Below, one piece after another: positions 57,825 to 64,000 of a stretch of DNA of 64,000 nucleotides (position 1 is its first letter; every line of letters begins with the position of its first letter). This DNA is from Alphaproteobacteria bacterium (GTDB lineage Bacteria > Pseudomonadota > Alphaproteobacteria > SP197). A program made the translations under genes and the position numbers. Location of the stretch: contig OZ219917.1 of assembly GCA_964291415.2 (NCBI GenBank), positions 480,001-544,000 on the forward strand. Reading direction: 5' to 3'. Under the pieces are notes generated by a model. It saw nothing but the letters and a program-made list of their open reading frames with translations, was not told where the DNA came from and did no database searches.

Positions 57825-58703
57825 ATGCCGCTGAGTTACTTCGATCGATCCGCCGACCCCGAGGCCATCAAGATGACCCTCAGCCGCGACGGCGTGGTGG
57901 CCGTGACGAACCTGGTCGACCAGGAACTGGCCGATGCCGTGGCCGCCGAACTGCGGCCAGAACTCGATGCCAGAGGTCTTGAGACGGCCAGTGCCTTCAA
58001 CGGTGATCTGACCAATCGCTACGGCGGTGTGCTGCGGACAGCGCCAAGTGCTGCCGCGCTGGTCGAGCATGACCTGGTGATCGACATCGCTAACCACGTC
58101 TTCCTGCCCCATGCCGCGACATACCGGATCAGCAGCCTGACGGCGATCGAGGTCATGCCCGGCGAAACCCACCAGGCGCTTCATCGCGACGATACGGTCT
58201 ATCCGATCGATATCGCCGGCATGGAAATGACCCTGGGCGTGATGTGGTCACTGAGTGATTTCACCGAACAGAACGGTGGCACGCGGGTGGTCCCCAACAG
58301 CCATCGCCTGCTGCGCTCGTGGCACATTCCGGATTTGTCGAACTGGGAGTCCACGGTGATGCCGAAGGGATCGGCGGTCTTCTACCTCGGTTCGACCTGG
58401 CATGGCGCCGGAGCCAACCGAAGCGATACGCCACGCCTGGGTCTGGTCAACAGCTACTGCCTGGGATGGTTGCGCCCGGAGGTCAATCAGTACCTGATCA
58501 CGCCGCCCGAGGTGGCGGTGCAGTACAGTTCCCGCGTACGCGCGCTGCTCGGCTACATGGCGCACGACTCGGGCGACGACCGGTGCGGCAGTCACCGCGG
58601 CGACTGCCCGGCCTGGGTCGACACGCCGCCTGAGCCGGCCTGGAACAATGCGCGTGGCACGGTGGGCACGATGGATGACGCCAGGGCGCAGGGCGGAGGC
58701 TGA
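57825..58703 (+). CDS. phytanoyl-CoA dioxygenase (PhyH) family Fe/2OG oxygenase
   Basis: QALHRDD, DFTEQNGGTRVVPNSH, WHGAGAN, GWLRPE. Confidence 0.9.
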   Translation: MPLSYFDRSADPEAIKMTLSRDGVVAVTNLVDQELADAVAAELRPELDARGLETASAFNGDLTNRYGGVLRTAPSAAALVEHDLVIDIANHVFLPHAATYRISSLTAIEVMPGETHQALHRDDTVYPIDIAGMEMTLGVMWSLSDFTEQNGGTRVVPNSHRLLRSWHIPDLSNWESTVMPKGSAVFYLGSTWHGAGANRSDTPRLGLVNSYCLGWLRPEVNQYLITPPEVAVQYSSRVRALLGYMAHDSGDDRCGSHRGDCPAWVDTPPEPAWNNARGTVGTMDDARAQGGG

Positions 58704-58768
58704 CCTGATCAGCCGCGCCAACCATGATGAACCCGTTGAGACCAACTAATGAGAAAGGGGAGGTTCTT

Positions 58769-59935
58769 ATGACGTTGAAGCCACTGATGGAGACGACCCG
58801 TTTCCACGACCTGTTGTGCGAAGGCAAACTCAACCGACGTGATGCCCACCGTGTCATGGCGACCTTCGGTATCGGCACTGTGACCGCGCACACCCTGGGA
58901 GGGGGTGCGCTGGCCCAGGAAGCCGACGAGGATCACCCGATCTTCTTCACCTGGGGAGGCTATGACGAACCGGAGTTCATGGTTCACTACACCGCGAAGT
59001 ACGGCCGCGAGCCGAACTACCATTTGTTCGCCTCCGAGGACGAGGCCTTTGCCAAGATGTGGGGCGGCTTCGAGCCACACGTAACCTACCCGTGCGGTCC
59101 CTCGCTCGCGCTCTGGTACGACGCGGGCCTTCTCGCGCCGATCGAAACCGACCGGCTTTCCAACTGGCCCGACGTCATGCAGGTCTTCAAGGATGTGGCC
59201 GACTCGGTGGTGGACGGCGTCAGGGTCTATGTGCCGGAGGACTGGGGCCAGACCTCGATGGTCATCCGCACCGACCTCGCACCGGAGTACGCTGATCCCG
59301 CAAACCAGACATGGGAAGCGTTGTGGAACGAGAAGTATGCAGGCCGCCTCTCGATCTCCAACCACTCCTACGAAGCCTTCGCGATCGCGGCTCTCGTCCT
59401 GGGTATCAGCCCCTGGGACATGAACGAGGCCGAACGCATCCAGTGCGAGGATCTCCTGCGCAAGCAGATGCCGCTCAACCGCGGGCTCGAGTCCTCGTCC
59501 ACGGAGCGTAGCCAGGCAGTGGCAGCGGGCGAACTCGTGATATCGACGAACGACAACGGAATCGTCGCACAGCTCGCGGCGCATGCCGAAGATACCCCGA
59601 TGGAGTTCGCCTGGGCCACGCCCAGGGAGGGTGCACTCACGTGGCATTGCGGCCTGTGCATCCATCCCGCCGCGATCAGGGACGGCTTCTACGAGAAGGC
59701 GCACGAGATCATCGACTCCTTCATTTCGCCCGAAGCCGGCGCCTACGAGATCGGCAACTGGTACTACGGGCATTCCAACGTGAAGTCCTACGAGGGGTTC
59801 ACCGAGGAGTTCCTCAATTCGATCGGTCAGACCAAGCGCGTCGAGGAGTTCCTCGCGACCGCCCAGTTCCAGCAGACGATGAACGAGCCGGAGGTGCTCG
59901 CCAATCGTTGGGAAGAGCTGAAGGCCGGGTTCTGA
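58769..59935 (+). CDS. PotD/PotF-like ABC substrate-binding protein, copy 2
   Basis: Colinear with copy 1; about 49 substitutions in 388 aa by manual count. Confidence 0.85.
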   Translation: MTLKPLMETTRFHDLLCEGKLNRRDAHRVMATFGIGTVTAHTLGGGALAQEADEDHPIFFTWGGYDEPEFMVHYTAKYGREPNYHLFASEDEAFAKMWGGFEPHVTYPCGPSLALWYDAGLLAPIETDRLSNWPDVMQVFKDVADSVVDGVRVYVPEDWGQTSMVIRTDLAPEYADPANQTWEALWNEKYAGRLSISNHSYEAFAIAALVLGISPWDMNEAERIQCEDLLRKQMPLNRGLESSSTERSQAVAAGELVISTNDNGIVAQLAAHAEDTPMEFAWATPREGALTWHCGLCIHPAAIRDGFYEKAHEIIDSFISPEAGAYEIGNWYYGHSNVKSYEGFTEEFLNSIGQTKRVEEFLATAQFQQTMNEPEVLANRWEELKAGF

Positions 59936-59974
59936 TCTTTCGGCTCGCTTGACCGACCCTGAGGTGCGCAGTCA

Positions 59975-59999
59975 GGCCCGGCACCGGTGGTGCCGGGCC
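59975..59999 (+). other. 11-bp stem-loop after SBP copy 2
   Basis: GGCCCGGCACC-GGT-GGTGCCGGGCC. Confidence 0.6.
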
Positions 60000-60338
60000 G
60001 ATGGCTCCCTGCCTTGGGGCGAGATCCGTCCCCTGTCTGCCGCCATGCGGCGCGAACTTCGCCACGCCTGATCCTGCGTGTTGAGCGAAAACGTCGGGAA
60101 AGACGGATCCTCTCACCGCACGACCGGAACAGCGAGTGTGCCTCACCGGTTCCTCGGCTCGCGGATACGCCGTGCGATGGCATGGATCGGATGGCAGGCA
60201 GGACGTCGTCGCCTTCGAGTCCGGCGCCGGGAACCGGTGATCGGCGATGTGATGACGATGCGCAAGGCGGCAGGGCCCCGGCCGACAACGCCCGGTGGCT
60301 TCCTTTGGGAATTGTATACGAAACTTGACAGAATAGAC

Positions 60339-60367
60339 TTGACATCCAGTGGTGTTATCGATATGAA
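60339..60367 (+). promoter_or_regulatory. putative sigma70 promoter for tnpB
   Basis: TTGACA-N17-TATGAA in the AT-rich left end. Confidence 0.5.
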
Positions 60368-60408
60368 TTCGTTTGTTAAATCAGTGTTCTCAACACCGGA
60401 GTCCCCGC

Positions 60409-61608
60409 ATGTCGTCCTCTGTCACCTATCGACAGATCACCTTTCGCCTGCTGCCCGAGAAACGCAGCACCTGGCGGCGGCTGGAGGCCATGCTCGACGC
60501 TGAGCGCTGTCTCTACAACGCGGCGCTGGAAGAACGGATCGACTGCTACCGGAAGACCGGCAAGTCACTCACCTACTTCGATCAGGCGAAGTCCCTGACC
60601 GTGTGCCGCAAGACCCTGCCGGACATGGCGGCGGTGCCGGTGGCCATTCAGCGTGGGACGCTCAAGCGCCTCGATCATGCCTTCAAGGGTTTCTTCCAGC
60701 GGGTGAAGCAGGGTGGGGCCGGGTTCCCCCGGTTCCAGGGACGCCGGCACTTCAACAGCCTTTCCGTGGTCTCCGGCGTCAGGGTCGAGGGCAATCGCCT
60801 GCGCATCCCCGGCCTGGGCTGGCTGACCATCCGCCGCCGGGGCGGCAATCCCTGGCCGCAGGGCACGCCGGTGAGTGCGGTCCTCAAGCGCGAGGAGGGA
60901 CGCTGGAAGGCGGTGGTATGCCATGCGGTGTCGCTGCCGGAATCCGACGACAACGGCCATGCGGTCGGCGTGGACATGAATGCGGGCCAGGTGGCGACCT
61001 CGGACGGGGAGATCCTGCGCCTGGAGAGGAGCCGTCGTCTCAAGGCTCGCGCCCGGCGCTACGCCAAGCAACTGGCGCGGCAGCGCCGTGGCAGCAGGCG
61101 GCGGGAGAAGACGCGGCGGCGTCTGGCGAAGACCACCCGGCACATGGCCATGAAGCGCCATGACTGGCAGCACCACGTCAGCCGCCGGTTGGCGGATGCG
61201 GCGGGGACGGTGGTGGTCGAGGATCTGAAGGTCCGCAACATGACCCGCAGCGCCGGGGGCACGAAGGAGGAGCCGGGACGCCACGTGCGCTCCAAGGCGG
61301 GTCTCAACCGCGTCATCCTGGAGACGGGCTGGTCGTCGTTCCGGAGAATGCTGGACTACAAGGCTTGCCGCGTCATCGCGGTGAACCCGGCCTACAGCAG
61401 TCAAACCTGTGCAGCGTGCGGCGTCACAAGCGCCCAATCACGCAGGACGCGGGACCTGTTTCAATGCGTGGCGTGCGGCCATGCGGATCACGCCGACCTC
61501 AATGCAGCGGCGAACATTCTGGCCTCGGGGACTGAGGCATCTGCGCGGGGAGGTTGCCGGGTTGCCGGGCCTGCGAACCGCGAAATCGATCGGAAGATGG
61601 CAGCATGA
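60409..61608 (+). CDS. tnpB: RNA-guided endonuclease TnpB
   Basis: N-terminal YNAAL/GFPRF; RuvC-I GVDMN, RuvC-II VVEDL, Zn finger CAACG...CVACG, RuvC-III HADLNAA. The D-E-D triad is intact. Confidence 0.95.
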   Translation: MSSSVTYRQITFRLLPEKRSTWRRLEAMLDAERCLYNAALEERIDCYRKTGKSLTYFDQAKSLTVCRKTLPDMAAVPVAIQRGTLKRLDHAFKGFFQRVKQGGAGFPRFQGRRHFNSLSVVSGVRVEGNRLRIPGLGWLTIRRRGGNPWPQGTPVSAVLKREEGRWKAVVCHAVSLPESDDNGHAVGVDMNAGQVATSDGEILRLERSRRLKARARRYAKQLARQRRGSRRREKTRRRLAKTTRHMAMKRHDWQHHVSRRLADAAGTVVVEDLKVRNMTRSAGGTKEEPGRHVRSKAGLNRVILETGWSSFRRMLDYKACRVIAVNPAYSSQTCAACGVTSAQSRRTRDLFQCVACGHADHADLNAAANILASGTEASARGGCRVAGPANREIDRKMAA

Positions 61609-61655
61609 CGCTGTCAACTTCTCGATATAAGTCCCCTTCCTTTCCTGTACCCGTG
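61522..61655 (+). ncRNA. predicted omegaRNA (reRNA) scaffold plus guide, overlapping the tnpB 3' end
   Basis: Stem GCCTCG/TGAGGC with loop GGGAC complementary to the terminal GTCCC (61631-61635); stems CGCGG/CCGCG and ATCGA..GAAG.TGGCAGC/GCTGTCA.CTTC.TCGAT; guide would start at 61636. 5' end uncertain. Confidence 0.7.
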
Positions 61656-61729
61656 CGGGATGAACCACACGGACACATCGGATCCGACATGGCATTGGAA
61701 CTGACACGTCCTGTGCCGGAGCGCACACG

Positions 61730-62122
61730 GTGACGGCCAGACGCCCGGCCCGCGAGCTGGCTGCCGAGCTCTGGCGCCTGTTCGATGCCGGGCGATTTCG
61801 CGACGCCCTGCCGTTGCTCGCGGAGGACTTCGAAGCGCACTGGCCCAATACCCGGGAGCGCATCCGCGGCCGGGAGAACTTCATCGCCCTGAACGAGAAC
61901 TACCCGGGTCACTCGCGCTGCACGGTCCGGCGGATCGAGGAATGCGCGGATGGCGTGGTGACGGTGACCGAAATCAGCACCCAAGTCGGCGATGACCGGT
62001 TCACGTTGTTCGCGGTGTCGTTCTTCCATGTGCGGGATGGTCGAATCGCTGCCGCCGAGGAGTACTTCAGCGAAAACGGGCCGCCGCCGTTCGACCGCTC
62101 CGCCTGGGCGGAACGCTACTGA
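61730..62122 (+). CDS. SnoaL/NTF2-like protein
   Basis: LLAEDFEAHWPNTRERIRGRENF, NENYPG, SFFHVRDGRI, EYF. Confidence 0.85.
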   Translation: MTARRPARELAAELWRLFDAGRFRDALPLLAEDFEAHWPNTRERIRGRENFIALNENYPGHSRCTVRRIEECADGVVTVTEISTQVGDDRFTLFAVSFFHVRDGRIAAAEEYFSENGPPPFDRSAWAERY

Positions 62123-62279
62123 GTCACCGTCGAAAGACCGGGTATCCGTGTCTCGCTTCCGCCATCAGCGGCGGTGCGCGCACGAACCGCGGCACATTCA
62201 GGGTGTGGGTGTCGAGTGCACGTGAGCCGAGCGGTTTTCTGCAATCCGAGAAATCAGCCATGACCACTGCGAGCACCCT

Positions 62280-62860
62280 CGAGTTTCGGCGCAGATTCGG
62301 CCTGCGCAGAGTTCGTTGTTCAGCATGTTCCAGGTTTCCTCGGCCTCGTGGATGTCCGTTCGGTAGAACTTCGAGGAAAGACCGAATTCGGTGATGGCCA
62401 TACAGGCATTGCCATCGATCACGGTGCCGTTCATGGAATGAAGGGCCGGAACATGTTGTCCCTGCAGTTGATGTCCGACGTGTCCGACTGCTGGATCACA
62501 ACGGCGCCATGCCAGTGCGGAACATCGTCCGCACAAGGATGGGCGAGGTCGCCGGTAACCCCGGTCCGGATCTTCTGAATCTCGCCCTCGGCGGAGACAC
62601 AGATCGACCAGTCGGTCAAGTTCCCTTGCTTCTCGATGAAGGGCAGCGAAGTTCCGGAACATCACAGGCCGACCATGTGAAGTAGAGAACCATGTCGCCT
62701 TGGGCTGCGTGGACCGCTGACATCATTGGCAATGCGACCGGAAGAAGACCGGTGGGTGCAGCCGCGCCCAACAACTCTCGGCGTCCGATCTCGCTGTTGA
62801 TCAGCTTGCGCAAGAAAACCTCGATTCGCGGTTTCCTCCACTATCTGCGTCGTTTGTCAC
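62280..62860 (-). pseudogene. decayed PotD-like substrate-binding protein
   Basis: Fragments in three frames: GRRELL signal and YFTWS; QKIRTG..DLAHPC..HW; FGLSSKFYRTDI..EETWNML. Boundaries approximate. Confidence 0.6.
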
Positions 62861-62994
62861 TTCCCGAGTTGATGTGTCGGTTGCGGGGAGAAAACACGTC
62901 CTTCAATCCATCGGCCCCCAACCTGAACATCGCGCGGCACCGTGCCGATTGCGACCGAGATGCCGACTCAACTGCCCTCATGACGAGTCGAACA

Positions 62995-63504
62995 TCACAG
63001 GTAGCCTTCAGGGGGCGCCTCGCCCTTGAGCGTGTAGATGGGGATCTCCTTGGACGACAACTTGACTCGTTTCAGGGTGATGTAACCGGCATAACGCAGG
63101 ATGCCGGGGTCCGCCACGAGCAGGCGATCCATGCTCTCTCGGAAAGCGTTGGTATCGCGGCACAGAAACTTGACAATGTAGTCGAACCCTCCGTTGACCC
63201 GATGGCAATCGAGAACCTCCGGCATCTGCAGGACAAACTTCTCGAAGCGCTCGAAATCTTCCGGACGCTGGTCCTTGAGCGTGATTTCGACATAGACCGT
63301 GATATTGGCTCCGAGTTTGTCGACATCGATGTAGGCACCGTAGCCCATGATAACCCGTTGTGTCTCAAGACGCTTTACTCTCTCGAGACAGGCACTCGGC
63401 GACAGCCCGACGGTCCTTGCCAGCTGCACGTTGGTCATACGGCCGTCCTTCTGCAATGTGCCGAGAATGCGCACATCCAGAGGATCGAGCTTGTCTCCTT
63501 TCAT
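62995..63504 (-). CDS. Lrp/AsnC transcriptional regulator
   Basis: LDPLDVRILGTLQKDGRMTNVQLARTVGLSPSACLERVKRLE, EVLDCHRVNGGFDY. Confidence 0.93.
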   Translation of the reverse strand: MKGDKLDPLDVRILGTLQKDGRMTNVQLARTVGLSPSACLERVKRLETQRVIMGYGAYIDVDKLGANITVYVEITLKDQRPEDFERFEKFVLQMPEVLDCHRVNGGFDYIVKFLCRDTNAFRESMDRLLVADPGILRYAGYITLKRVKLSSKEIPIYTLKGEAPPEGYL

Positions 63505-64000
63505 GTCGCGAGCCTCCCCGTTTCCCGAAACTGACCCAGAGACCATCGATATCCGGCACCATGCCCGAAGAACCGATGAAGACCACTGGCACCCGGAAAC
63601 CAGAAACACTCCCCACAGACACACATACCCGGCCTCGGCGATCTTATGAACTCATTGGCAGTCCCCGTGTCGGATTGCAGGGCTTGACCAACATGTTGGC
63701 GAAGTTCTCCGAATTACATTCGACGAACTTACGAAAATCAGGGTACATGTCCGGCAATGGAATGCAAAATACACAGGTTGTTCGCCTATTGTCATGGTAT
63801 AAGGATCTGAGTGTCCAGGGTCCGTATCTGCCCGATTCCAAGCGGTCTTTCGAAGGGAGGCGAAGGATTCGATGGGACGCCAAAGCAAACACATCGCACC
63901 GACTCGCCCGGACAATCCGCTGTACTTCGTCTGCATGTGCCGGACCGTGCTGCTGCTTGCCAAGGCCGTAGACGCCATTGATCCGGCCGCATGACCGGCA

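Larger units (their letters stand above)
60307..61635 (+). mobile_element. non-autonomous TIR element carrying only tnpB
   Basis: Left end GGGAATTGTATACGAAACTTGACAG versus reverse-complemented right end GGGACTTATATCGAGAAGTTGACAG (18/25). Flanked by CTTCCTTT at 60299-60306 and 61636-61643. Confidence 0.88.

Noticed and set aside
60252-60306. higA-like start (MTMRKAAGPRPTTPGGFL) interrupted by the TnpB element
   Set aside because: The reconstructed empty site stops after a few codons with no HTH; the resemblance is too short.
61611-61620. TCAA at 61614-61617 as a canonical IS200/IS605 right end
   Set aside because: It lies inside the TIR and RNA stem. The TIR, TSD and pseudoknot all independently place the end at 61635.

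Overview
A GC-rich alphaproteobacterial chromosomal segment. The tRNA-His retains G-1:C73, which points away from Rhizobiales/Rhodobacterales/Caulobacterales (inference). Core genes are pmbA, leuA, rplM-rpsI, metY, glnB-glnA, parE, a DEAD-box helicase, tupBCA, ispE, ETF-QO, UDG, moaB, tRNA-His and tRNA-Gln. They are interspersed with many orphan catabolic enzymes and a BacNav-type voltage-gated Na+ channel. Three accessory structures stand out. (1) A 1,329-bp element (60307-61635) encodes only an intact TnpB nuclease but has 25-bp terminal inverted repeats and an exact 8-bp target-site duplication. These are DDE-type (IS1595-like) ends rather than IS200/IS605 or IS607 ends, and the right TIR doubles as the 3' stem and pseudoknot of the predicted omegaRNA. 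This is the best candidate for an undescribed system. (2) A ~7-kb metal-starvation island (42958-49985) lies between 19-bp direct repeats and carries a decayed tyrosine integrase, a Zur-like regulator and a Zur box. (3) A tandem duplication of a phyH/PotD-like binding-protein unit is present, plus a third decayed homolog. All calls come from motif recognition by eye; no database searches were run, and some start codons are uncertain.
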